Below the pieces are notes generated by a model. The model made no database searches, had not been told where the DNA came from, and saw only the letters and a program-made list of their open reading frames with translations. Below, in pieces: positions 27,589 to 36,910 of a DNA stretch of 48,320 nucleotides. This stretch comes from a bacterium (lineage in GTDB: Bacteria > Zhuqueibacterota > Zhuqueibacteria > Oceanimicrobiales > Oceanimicrobiaceae). Every line of letters starts with the position of its first letter. Within the stretch, counting starts at the first letter, position 1. Location of the stretch: NCBI GenBank assembly GCA_046757025.1, contig JBHHXN010000021.1, forward strand, positions 1 through 48,320. Direction: 5' to 3'. Both the position numbers and the translations under genes were made by a program.

Positions 27589-29007
27589 TTACGGAAAAAT
27601 CCCCAATTGCATGTACGAAACCGCAATTTTGTTGATGGCGCAGATAAAGGCGGCCGTGCGCAGGTCCTCCACTCCTTCGGTATTGAGCATGGTTTCGCGG
27701 ATGGCGTTGTAAGCGTTGATCATGGTTTCTTCCAGACCGGAATTGACCAGATCGATCTCGTCGGCGCCACGGGAAATGAGACTGCGTTCCTCTGCAGAGA
27801 ATCTTTTACCGGTGATTTTTTCCACGGCGTTCAACATGGCGACGTTGGAAGCCTCTTCAAAGCGCTTACTCATGCGCCCAAACCGCACATGACTGAGATT
27901 TTTCAGCCACTCAAAATAAGACACCGTTACGCCGCCGGCATTTAAAAACATGTCCGGAATGATCATCACCCCGCGTTGGTTGAGAATGGCTTCGGCTTCC
28001 GCCGTGACCGGGCCGTTGGCGGCTTCGGCCACGACTTTGGCTTTGATGCGAGGCGCGTTGTCTTCGGTAATCTGACGCTCCAGCGCTGCCGGAATGAGAA
28101 TATCGCATTCAAACTCCAGAGCGTCCTGGCTTCTGTCAAAGTTTTTTGCATCGGGAAAATTGACAATGGAGCCGGTTTCCTGACGAAAATTCTGCACCGC
28201 CAAAACATCCAGTCCTTCGGCATTGTAAATCGCGCCATCGTATTCGGCAATGGCGACGATTTTCGCGCCCCCCTCCTGGAAAAATTTTGCTGAGTAAAAG
28301 CCCACGTTACCGAGTCCCTGAACCACCACTTTCTTGCCTTGGATGCCGGTGGACAAACCCAGCTTTTGCATGTCCTCTTCAAACGTCAACGCATGGCGCA
28401 CGCCATAATAAACGCCGTTGCCGGTAGCTGCGATGCGACCCTGGATGCCGCCCTGTTCAATGGGTTTGCCGGTGACACAGGCCATGGCGTCGATCTGGCC
28501 GGGATTGAGGGCGCAGTAGGTGTCCACAATCCAGGCCATCTCTCGGGGACCAGTGCCGTAATCCGGAGCCGGCACATCCACGCCCGGCCCGATGAAGTTC
28601 TTCTTCACCAGCTCGGCGGTGTAGCGCCGGGTGATGCGTTCGAGCTGTGCCGGGGTATAATTTCGCGGCTCGATCTTGATGCCGCCTTTGGCCCCACCAA
28701 ACGGGGCGTCCACCAGGGCGCATTTGAAAGTCATCAAAGCCGCCAGCGCTTTGACCTCGTCTTCGGTAGTCATTTCGCTGTAACGGATGCCGCCTTTCAC
28801 CGGCAGCTTGTGGTGGCTGTGCTCCACGCGAAACGCCTGCACAATTTCATACGATCCGTCTTGGTTTTTGAGAGGAAATTTAAATTGGTAAATGCTGTTA
28901 CAGTATTTAATTTGCTCCAGCAAACCCTGTGGATAGGATGTAAAGGCTGCGGCTTTATCAAAAAAAGCTAATACGGTTTCGAAAAAAGACAAATTGGGCG
29001 ATTTCAT
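27589..29007 (-). CDS. gdhA: Glutamate dehydrogenase (Glu/Leu/Phe/Val family)
   Basis: [48 protein letters not shown]. Confidence 0.95.
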   Translation of the reverse strand: MKSPNLSFFETVLAFFDKAAAFTSYPQGLLEQIKYCNSIYQFKFPLKNQDGSYEIVQAFRVEHSHHKLPVKGGIRYSEMTTEDEVKALAALMTFKCALVDAPFGGAKGGIKIEPRNYTPAQLERITRRYTAELVKKNFIGPGVDVPAPDYGTGPREMAWIVDTYCALNPGQIDAMACVTGKPIEQGGIQGRIAATGNGVYYGVRHALTFEEDMQKLGLSTGIQGKKVVVQGLGNVGFYSAKFFQEGGAKIVAIAEYDGAIYNAEGLDVLAVQNFRQETGSIVNFPDAKNFDRSQDALEFECDILIPAALERQITEDNAPRIKAKVVAEAANGPVTAEAEAILNQRGVMIIPDMFLNAGGVTVSYFEWLKNLSHVRFGRMSKRFEEASNVAMLNAVEKITGKRFSAEERSLISRGADEIDLVNSGLEETMINAYNAIRETMLNTEGVEDLRTAAFICAINKIAVSYMQLGIFP

Positions 29008-29406
29008 TTGACATCCCTAAATAAGGTTAAAAAAGCTCTTTAGTTTGTATCACTAACAAAAGCCAGGGGTCTCTTCACAATTATTGCGCAATCTTACCGG
29101 AGACGATAAATTTAATTTAAACTCGCATTTAAACAAACGCAAATCGCGCTGATTATCAGGCTTGAAAAATAATCGAATTTGCATAAAAAAGCAAGAAATA
29201 TTTAACTGACCCAGATTGACTTTTTGAAGGAGTAAACCGTATTTCGTGCGGTATTTTTTCACCGATTGGCATTTCGCTGTGGGTTGTTGGCCGGGGATGA
29301 TAAATTGGTTGTACACCATGAGAAATTTCAAGATTCTGAATATTTGCAAAGGTGGGATTGCAATGGTTAACAAGTATACCGAGTGACAGAATTCCTGGCG
29401 GTTGCT

Positions 29407-29441
29407 TAAACCTTCCAGGTTTCAAAAACCTGGAAGGTTTA
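29407..29441. repeat. Perfect 16-bp-stem palindrome (REP-like)
   Basis: TAAACCTTCCAGGTTT-CAA-AAACCTGGAAGGTTTA. Confidence 0.75.
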
Positions 29442-29499
29442 GAAGTCCTTCCTGTAGCCAACGGCGGAATAGTCGCTAATTATTTAGGACTCTAAACTT

Positions 29500-30138
29500 T
29501 TATAAATCATCCAGTAAATTCAATTGATTTTTATTTTGCTTTTTCGCTTTCTTCTCAGCCGCAATTTTCCGGTTTATTTCAGCCCGGCGTTGCTTTTTCT
29601 CTTGTTCTTTTTGCTCCCTCAATTTTCGCTGATTCTCCGCATACTTTTCAATTTCCTCTGCTGCTTCCCCTTCTACAAATTCAACAATGATTTCCCGATC
29701 CCTTATCATACTTTTCGGAATGATAAACCCTTCAGGAGTTCCATAAAAAGTAAAGGCATCGGTAATCTCCTTGCTGCAGTATCCTTCTGCACCTATTGTC
29801 AGATTACAGGCCTTTTCAATCTGGGTCGCTTTATTGCCAATGGTCGATTTTTTCGCGTTAAAAAAGTCACTTATCACATCTACTGTAATAAAATATTCAT
29901 TTTGTTTGTCGAATAAAAAATTCAGGCGGGCAATGACATAAATAATGGCGGCCGCCCATATTTCTGGCTGCCCCCGCTGTATATTAATTGTTCTTTTTCC
30001 GTTCAGGGTCGTGCATAGTTCTACTGCGTAACCTCTCAGCTCCTCGTTTAAATATTTCTCGCAAAAACGGTTTAGCATGGTTTCGATTTCGAGTGTACAC
30101 GCTTTTTTGTCATCCACAGAATTTGCTTTTGGGCTCAT
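29500..30138 (-). CDS. Hypothetical protein, DUF6398-like
   Basis: FCEKYLNEE..RGQPEIWAAAIIYVIARLNFLFD..STIGNKA pattern; charged C-terminal tail; AT-rich. Confidence 0.75.
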   Translation of the reverse strand: MSPKANSVDDKKACTLEIETMLNRFCEKYLNEELRGYAVELCTTLNGKRTINIQRGQPEIWAAAIIYVIARLNFLFDKQNEYFITVDVISDFFNAKKSTIGNKATQIEKACNLTIGAEGYCSKEITDAFTFYGTPEGFIIPKSMIRDREIIVEFVEGEAAEEIEKYAENQRKLREQKEQEKKQRRAEINRKIAAEKKAKKQNKNQLNLLDDL

Positions 30139-30480
30139 GAAATTATCTTCTTTTTTTCTTATTAAAACAGAATGTATGATTTGGCAAAAGATTTAATATT
30201 TGCAGAGATGTGGATAAATTAAGCACATTTATTTAAAATGTCAAAGGTTTTAAACTTTGATTTTTTGATTTTGAACAATTTAGCAAGAAATTTTACCGCT
30301 ATAAAAACTACTGACTTTTTTCGGTTGCAGGTACCCGACGATATGGAAATCAGACTCGTGATGCTTTGCGCAGTATGCATGCACCAGGATTCAGTTCACG
30401 CAGAATTCAGGCTTTTCAGAAATATACTGCGAGTGTGCAAAGAAGTTTATTTTTAAAGATTGAATGGACTTCAGAAGCAT

Positions 30481-30732
30481 ATTGACACTGGCCAGACGTG
30501 AGCACAAAACAAAGCCCACCACAGATAGTTTTGCACGCACTTGATCCGACAGGCATCTGTTTGGTTCATTTAAACAAATATTGGGTTCTAGGAAATGAAG
30601 TCGGCACACAAGACTTTTGAAGTCGTCGTTCTGTCCCGTTTTGGGGGGATGCAATCCCCGGTTCAATTATTCGAAGGGGATTTCCTGTTAAGTCAAGCAC
30701 ACGGACCACAAATTCACTTTGAGTGAGTGTTA
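30481..30732 (-). repeat. Diverged ~250-bp non-coding repeat, copy 1
   Basis: Colinear with 31248..31500 (shared GCAATCCCCGGTTCAAT, ACTTTTGA.GTC, ATCCGACA, AAAGCCC). Confidence 0.8.
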
Positions 30733-31017
30733 CTTTCTTTCTAACAATTCAACCATTCGTGCAACGCTGTTTGATGCGTCAAATATGGCCCGTGCTAACT
30801 GGCTGAGACCGATAAACAACATTCCCCAAACTGCGAATAGGAAGAAAGCTAAAACAAAATAAATTACTACACCACCTAGAAAACCAACCATCATAAGTTC
30901 TTGTACATTTTTTCCAAGAAAAAGGAAAATAGCTGCGAGGATGAATGGGGCTAAAAATAACCATCCAACCAAAGCAAAAAGGCGTGAGACAATATAACCC
31001 GCTTTGTATTTTTCCAT
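30730..31017 (-). CDS. Small membrane protein (95 aa), cassette-like
   Basis: Strong GGAGGAGG RBS; 2-3 hydrophobic segments; C-terminal QLARAIFDASNS motif. Confidence 0.75.
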   Translation of the reverse strand: MEKYKAGYIVSRLFALVGWLFLAPFILAAIFLFLGKNVQELMMVGFLGGVVIYFVLAFFLFAVWGMLFIGLSQLARAIFDASNSVARMVELLERK

Positions 31018-31066
31018 GCGTTCCTCCTCCCTTTGTTAGCCTTATTTTCAAAAATTATTAATTTAT

Positions 31067-31136
31067 TTCTAACCAAGTAGTTTAGATTCGTCTTCTTGAA
31101 TCCAACATGCACTCTCCAAATATATTTACATTGGCA
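31067..31136 (-). other. Degenerate attC-like site
   Basis: Minus strand GCCAAT..TTTGGA..TCTAAA..GTTAGAA; core lies 50 bp before the ATG at 31017. Confidence 0.3.
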
Positions 31137-31247
31137 CAACAGACTTCGCTGCAATTCCCGATTCAATCCTGCGATATTGTATGGATTTTTCTTCGACCTC
31201 TTTAAAAACCTGTCGTGAAAAACGACGCGCGAGTTTTGAAGTTAAAA

Positions 31248-31500
31248 ATTTGCGCTGGTCAAATGCAACCAACAAAAAAATAAAGCCCGCCAGGCATTTT
31301 CGCACCCACACAATCCGACATGTTTCTCTTTCTTTCATTTTAATAAATTGTTGGCTTCAAGAAGACAAAGCCACAGACAAAACTTTTGAGGTCACCTTTC
31401 TGGCCCATTTTGGAGGAGCAATCCCCGGTTCAATCTTGCGAAAGGGATTCCCTGATGGGTCGAGCACGCGAGCACAAATCCCCATCGAGCTGGGTTTTGT
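31248..31500 (-). repeat. Diverged ~250-bp non-coding repeat, copy 2 (a short third match lies at ~31150-31175)
   Basis: Colinear with 30481..30732; non-triplet indels between the copies. Confidence 0.8.
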
Positions 31501-31698
31501 GGAAAACAGGCATCTTGACTATGCCAAAATCGTAAAAATAATGTTAGTGAAAAACTCTAATCCTGATACCTTATTCCCACGTACTCTTACACTGTGCATC
31601 TTTTCTAAAATTCTTTCCTACTTTGTTTCACAAAAACCTGAATTAAATGGTCTTCGAAACACTTAAACTGACTTGTATTAAGGTGATGAATTTAAATC

Positions 31699-31755
31699 CT
31701 CTAACGCTTATTCACTGTAGCGCTTGAGTCATCCGCGGTGCTGGTTTCGTTGCTT
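31699..31755 (-). other. Degenerate attC-like site (57 bp)
   Basis: Minus strand AAGCAAC-gaaacca-GCACCG..CAGTGA-ataagc-GTTAGAG, at the end of the 32225 reading frame. Confidence 0.35.
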
Positions 31756-32225
31756 TTAAAGTTCTTTACGAATACACTACCTCCACGAAAAAACATGAAA
31801 ATAAGGATAAGTATCCACCAAGATGAAATTCTGATGTTACCGCTAGTAGAACGTTTCCTAATTAATGTTACAACAAATTGTCATTGCGAGCGCAGCGAAG
31901 CCATCTCCTAACTTGCTGAATATCAGGAGATTGCTTCGTCGTTACACTCCTCTCAATGACTGCAATGATAATAAGGAATCGCACTACTAGTCATTACCAA
32001 TAATGCCCCAAAAGCCAATACTAACGTAATTACTGCCCAGGTAACCTGAAAACGTGATGGTTTCTGCGCCAGTTTGGGGTTCAATGGTGGTTTCTCAGAT
32101 TTTGCATAGTTAACCGCATCTTCTAAACTATCATACCTATAACCTTTGTAGATATATTTATTGTTAACCGAAACCGATATTCCATATTTATTCATCACCT
32201 CTTGGCTTCCATCAGTTACTTTCAT
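31701..32225 (-). pseudogene. Small membrane protein gene interrupted by an 81-bp palindromic element
   Basis: ATG at 32225 after GGAGG; premature TGA at 31953 lies inside the element; the same frame resumes at 31880 (FVVTLIRKR..WWILILIFMFF..NKR*). Confidence 0.6.
31880..31960. repeat. 81-bp palindromic element (GTCATTGCGAG...CAATGAC type)
   Basis: GTCATTGCGAGCGCAGCGAAGCCATCTCCT..AGGAGATTGCTTCGTCG..CTCTCAATGAC, a long imperfect hairpin. Confidence 0.85.
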
Positions 32226-32273
32226 TGCTGATTCCTCCATTTAATAAAAAGCTAGATGCGGGACGTATTGAAC

Positions 32274-32324
32274 GCCTAACTATGTTTATGCTACGCTTTA
32301 TAAAATAAACGCAACTGGTTAATT
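32274..32324 (-). other. att-like site with canonical GTTRRRY core
   Basis: Minus strand ATTAAC..GTTTAT..ATAAAC..GTTAGGC; core lies 48 bp before the ATG at 32225. Confidence 0.4.
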
Positions 32325-32988
32325 TATAATTACTTTCGACACTTTAACTATTGTTTATCTTACCACTTGCTACCAAATTCAGATTTCCGTTATCAGATAT
32401 TTCAAAAACCAATCTCTTTTCAAGAATGGTCATGTACTCTGTTTACTTGCAGAAAGGTTTGCCGGCAACCGTTGCCCGTCCTGATATTTTCGATTTATAA
32501 AAATTATTTTGATATACTTTCAAACAACCCATCCGCCCCACCCGCCATTTATGGCGGCCGATCGATTGTTTTCAGGGAGACGCAGCGATTTTTTAATATG
32601 CTGGTACGGTGTTTTGGTCGGTGTGGAGAAGGAAAGTCTGGTTGCGCACCAGCTTGAAAATGATTATAAACAGTACACAAATTAAAATCAACAAAAAATC
32701 CATAAAATAATTACTTTTTGGGTGCATCCTTTTTCATACGGCTGCATCAAAGAAATAAATTTGAATGCAGTAAAAGTTGAAATAAAAAGCTATTTATTCT
32801 GGTTTAGTGAAATGAAATAAGAATTCAGCAGAATTGGCTGTCAGTTAGTATCTTCATGGTTCGATTCCGCTCACTATGAAGGCACTATCATTATATAATT
32901 TAATTATTTAGATAAATATTCATCCTGAGCGGAGGCGAAGGATGAAATATTCAAATTACAGAAATGATGAAAAAAGGGAGTCTAATCG

Positions 32989-33330
32989 ATGGAAAAAATA
33001 AAGCAATTTAGTGACAGCAATTTCAACGACGAAGTCTTAAACTCAGATAAACCCGTGCTGGTGGATTTCTGGGCCGAGTGGTGCGGGCCGTGTCACATGC
33101 TCACCCCGACGGTGAAAGAATTGGCCAACGATTTCGAAGGCAAGATCGTGGTCGGCAAAGTCAATGTCGATGAAAACCAGGGCACGGCCGCGCAATACGG
33201 CATCCGCAGCATCCCGACGTTGATTCTCTACAAAAACGGCCAGGAAGTGCTGCGGCTGAGCGGCGTGCGTCCCAAAACTGAAATTGCCCAGCATCTCAAC
33301 TATCACCTGTCACAAGCGGTAGCGGTGTAA
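32989..33330 (+). CDS. trxA: Thioredoxin
   Basis: VDFWAEWCGPC, SIPTL; GGGAG RBS. Confidence 0.96.
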   Translation: MEKIKQFSDSNFNDEVLNSDKPVLVDFWAEWCGPCHMLTPTVKELANDFEGKIVVGKVNVDENQGTAAQYGIRSIPTLILYKNGQEVLRLSGVRPKTEIAQHLNYHLSQAVAV

Positions 33331-33355
33331 AAACGTCGCTGCCAATTTGAACTGC

Positions 33356-33392
33356 AAAGCCTGGGCGAATACTTTTTGTTCAGGCTTTTTTT
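33356..33392 (+). terminator. Rho-independent terminator after trxA
   Basis: AAAGCCTGGGC..GTTCAGGCTTT followed by a T tract. Confidence 0.75.
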
Positions 33393-33612
33393 ATATTTGA
33401 CTTCAAATCTAATTCTTATTAAATTCTCCCGCAATTGAAAAACTTAAACCGCGAAGCCGCGAAGTTCGCTAAGAACACAAACAACGCTAATTTGGAATTC
33501 CAAATACGAGTCTTTTTATCAAATCGAATTACGCTCTTTTTTTTAGAATATTTGTTGTCGTTATTTGAGAAAGGTCTCTGATTCATTCACAAACAGCGTG
33601 ACAGGATGCTAT

Positions 33613-33742
33613 GCCACGGATTAACACTGATGACCACAGATTGAATCCCATGTTAAAAAAACAGTAATTATTTGTGTTCAATATCTGAAAGAATTAGTAA
33701 TAAAATTTTATTAATCTGTGAAAATCCGTGTGAATCAGTGGC
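33613..33742. repeat. Inverted pair of REP-like 30-mers
   Basis: GCCACGGATTAACACTGATGACCACAGATT (33613-33642) and AATCTGTGAAAATCCGTGTGAATCAGTGGC (33713-33742). Confidence 0.65.
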
Positions 33743-33876
33743 GCTTTTTAATCATGATAGGAAAGCTTTAATATTCATTGTTTGTGCCAGAATAAACCGA
33801 CAATATATTTTCTAAGTGAACTTATTGTTCTTCGCGGCAAGCTCCAATATTATGCAAATTTGGAAGGAACAAAAAC

Positions 33877-35916
33877 ATGAACACAAATCGTGGTGTACAA
33901 ATACTTTTTTACGGCTGGTTGCTGATCGCCATATTAGTCACCTTCAGTTCAGTTTTGGCCCAGGAGAGCCAGCAGGGCTGGACACCCGAGAACATGATCC
34001 AGTTCAACCGGGTGGGCGCCACCGCCATCTCGCCGAACGGTAGACTCATCGCTTATACCGTTTCCAAACCGATCATGAACGAAGAAAAATCCGAATATTT
34101 AACCCACATCTGGGTTACCAGTGCCGATGGCAAAATGAACCGGCAATTTACCCGTGGCGAAAAATCGTGCAGCCGTCCGGCTTTTTCACCTGATGGCAAG
34201 TACTTAGCTTTCCGTTCTACCCGGGGAGACAAAGCGAAAAACCAGATCTGGCTGCTGCCGCTGGCCGGCGGCGAAGCCTGGCCATTGACTGCTGCAAAAT
34301 CCGGCGTCAATTCGTATGTCTGGTCGCCGGACGGCAAGCGAATCGCATTTACCATGAACGAACCTGAAACAGAAGAGCAAGCAAAAAACAAAAAAGCCAA
34401 ACGCGACATGAAAGTGCTGGACAACGATTACAAATACGCGCATCTTTATACCATCGCGGTGGAGGGGGCGAGTGAAAAGAAAAAGGTGCAGCGGCTGACC
34501 GCCGGTGAATTTCACGTGGTGAGTTTCGATTGGTCACCGGACGGCCGCACCATTGCTTTTGCGCACCAGAAAAATCCCAAAGCCGACATCTGGCCCAGCA
34601 CCGATATCGCCACGGTGCCCACCGATAGCGGCACGGTCACCGAGCTGGTCACGGGCGCGGGTTTCGACGGCACGCCCATGTATTCCCCCAACGGCAAATG
34701 GCTGGCTTACACTTCGGATGGCGGCGAGCCGAAATGGGCCTTTGCGCGCGACATCTATGTTCTGCCCGTGCGGGGCGGTGCTGCTAAAAAGTTAGCCACC
34801 ACGCCGGACCGGCGGCCGCAGATGGTGAGCTGGTCGGCAGACAGCAAGCACATTTTCTTCCGGGAAACCGACCGCACGAGCCGGCGCGTCTTTTCAGTGG
34901 CACTGAACGGCACCGCACCGAAAACGTTGACCACAGGCGCGGGAAATTTCACCGGCGTCTCCATCAGTCGAAACGGCAAAGCCATGGTTTTCGTGCACCA
35001 GAGAACCGAGCTTATGCCGGATGTTTACGTGAGTGCGGTCAGCAAATTCAAACCGCGCAAACTCTCGAACGTCAATCCCGATTATCCCAAATTCCGCATG
35101 GGCCGCACCAGCGTCATCACCTGGAATTCCAAAGACGGCCGGGAAATCGAAGGTCTGCTGACCTACCCGGTCGCGTACGACATCGGAAGAGCTTATCCAT
35201 TGGTTTTACAGATTCACGGCAGACCCGCCGGGGTTTACACACAATATTACACCGCCAGCAGCTCGGTATATCCGATTCAGGCTTTTGCACAACAGGAATT
35301 CGCGGTTTTACGCGTGAACCCCAGAGGCAGCAGCGGTTACGGTAAAGATTTCCGTTTTGCCAATTACAACGATTGGGGCTTTGGCGATTTCGATGATCTC
35401 ATGGCCGGCGTCAACAAAGTAGTCGGGATGAACGTGGCGCACCCGGACAGCCTGTGTGTCATGGGCTGGAGCTACGGTGGTTACATGACTTCGTTCATCG
35501 TCACCAAATCCAATCGCTTCAAAGCCGCCAGTGTGGGCGCCGGCGTCACTAATTTGATGAGTTTCACCGGTACCGCGGATATCCCGAGTTTTTTGCCCGA
35601 CTATTTTGGCGGCGAGCCTTGGGACAAACTGGATACGTACATGAAACACTCGGCCATGTTTCAAGTAAAGGGCGTGACGATTCCCACCCAGATCATTCAT
35701 GGCGAAAACGACCGGCGCGTGCCGTTATCGCAAGGGCTGGAGCTTTACAACGCTTTGAAACGTCAGGGCTGCGCCACAGAAATGATCGTTTATCCGAGAA
35801 CCGCCCACGGCCCGCGGGAACCCAAATTTATTCAGGACATTGGTGAACGCATACTGGCCTGGTTTAATAAGCAGCTCGGACGCAAGGGGTTCACGAAATC
35901 AGTGGTGACAAAGTGA
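33877..35916 (+). CDS. S9 family (prolyl oligopeptidase/acylaminoacyl) peptidase, secreted
   Basis: Signal peptide; PD40-like WSPDG repeats; GWSYGG nucleophile; HGENDRRVP; catalytic His in TAHG. Confidence 0.93.
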   Translation: MNTNRGVQILFYGWLLIAILVTFSSVLAQESQQGWTPENMIQFNRVGATAISPNGRLIAYTVSKPIMNEEKSEYLTHIWVTSADGKMNRQFTRGEKSCSRPAFSPDGKYLAFRSTRGDKAKNQIWLLPLAGGEAWPLTAAKSGVNSYVWSPDGKRIAFTMNEPETEEQAKNKKAKRDMKVLDNDYKYAHLYTIAVEGASEKKKVQRLTAGEFHVVSFDWSPDGRTIAFAHQKNPKADIWPSTDIATVPTDSGTVTELVTGAGFDGTPMYSPNGKWLAYTSDGGEPKWAFARDIYVLPVRGGAAKKLATTPDRRPQMVSWSADSKHIFFRETDRTSRRVFSVALNGTAPKTLTTGAGNFTGVSISRNGKAMVFVHQRTELMPDVYVSAVSKFKPRKLSNVNPDYPKFRMGRTSVITWNSKDGREIEGLLTYPVAYDIGRAYPLVLQIHGRPAGVYTQYYTASSSVYPIQAFAQQEFAVLRVNPRGSSGYGKDFRFANYNDWGFGDFDDLMAGVNKVVGMNVAHPDSLCVMGWSYGGYMTSFIVTKSNRFKAASVGAGVTNLMSFTGTADIPSFLPDYFGGEPWDKLDTYMKHSAMFQVKGVTIPTQIIHGENDRRVPLSQGLELYNALKRQGCATEMIVYPRTAHGPREPKFIQDIGERILAWFNKQLGRKGFTKSVVTK

Positions 35917-36141
35917 GGCTGCCAATATAAAGAATTTTAGCATGGTAACATAGAAAGCATTTATAAATTGATTGCAGTTCACCTTTTCAGGGTAAATGGT
36001 ATAGGATATACGGTAAAAGTGCGTCGTCCTGGAGACGATGAAAAAAAATGAATGGTAGTAGATATTTCTGTCCTTGTATTTCGCGTTGTGAATTTTTAAA
36101 TTTTCTACTTAAAGGTCTAATTCGAGGAGGGAACGAAGATC

Positions 36142-36909
36142 ATGATTGAAGTGCAGGATTTAAAAAAACAGTTTAAACTCAGTCGTCAACAAAAGCGCGA
36201 ACTGGGCAGTGGTTTTTCTAACAACCAAATCGATGCGGTTGCCGGCATTAATTTCATTTGCGAGCCGGGAAAAGTGTTTTCACTTTTAGGGCCCAACGGC
36301 GCCGGCAAAACCACCACTTTGCGCATGATCGCCACCATGCTGAAACCGACGTCGGGCAAGATCAAAGTGGCTGGCTACGATGTGGTGCAACAGTCGCAGG
36401 AAGTTCGGCGCAGACTGGGGTTTTTAACCGGCACAACCAAACTCTATGATCGGCTGACGGCCAACGAATTGGTTACGTACTATGCCAATCTGCACAAAAT
36501 GGATGCGGAATTGCTAAAGAAACGCCGGGATGAAATTTTTGATCGTCTAGGGATGCACAGTTTTGCGAGTCAACGCATCGCCAAGCTTTCATCCGGCATG
36601 AAGCAAAAAGTCTCCATCGCCCGTACCATCATTCACGATCCCGAGATTGTGGTGTTCGACGAACCCACAGCCGGGTTAGACGTCATCACCGCCCGCAGCA
36701 TCATCCAGTTGATCAGAGACATGCGCGACCAGGGCAAGACCGTGATCTTTTCCACCCACATCATGGGGGAAGTCAGCCTGTTGAGCGACGACCTGGCTAT
36801 CATCCACAAAGGCACCCTGCGTTACAACGGTCGTTATGCCGATTTTGTCAAACAGATGCAGTCCAAATCGTTAGAGGATGAATTCGTAAGACTGACAGAG
36901 GAGGAATAA
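36142..36909 (+). CDS. ABC transporter ATP-binding protein, NatA-like
   Basis: GPNGAGKT, LSSGMKQK, DEPTAGLD, STH. Confidence 0.92.
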   Translation: MIEVQDLKKQFKLSRQQKRELGSGFSNNQIDAVAGINFICEPGKVFSLLGPNGAGKTTTLRMIATMLKPTSGKIKVAGYDVVQQSQEVRRRLGFLTGTTKLYDRLTANELVTYYANLHKMDAELLKKRRDEIFDRLGMHSFASQRIAKLSSGMKQKVSIARTIIHDPEIVVFDEPTAGLDVITARSIIQLIRDMRDQGKTVIFSTHIMGEVSLLSDDLAIIHKGTLRYNGRYADFVKQMQSKSLEDEFVRLTEEE

Positions 36910-36910
36910 A

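Noticed and set aside
30481..31500. CRISPR array or diversity-generating retroelement TR/VR pair
   Set aside because: Repeats are too long and too few for CRISPR; differences are not adenine-specific and there is no reverse transcriptase or cas gene.
30391..31666. ORFs 30391..30666, 31126..31338 and 31181..31666 over the 250-bp repeats
   Set aside because: Reading frames are not conserved between the repeat copies, so they are unlikely to be coding.
32855..32872. GGTTCGATTCC tRNA T-loop-like motif
   Set aside because: No T-stem, acceptor stem or anticodon arm can be formed.
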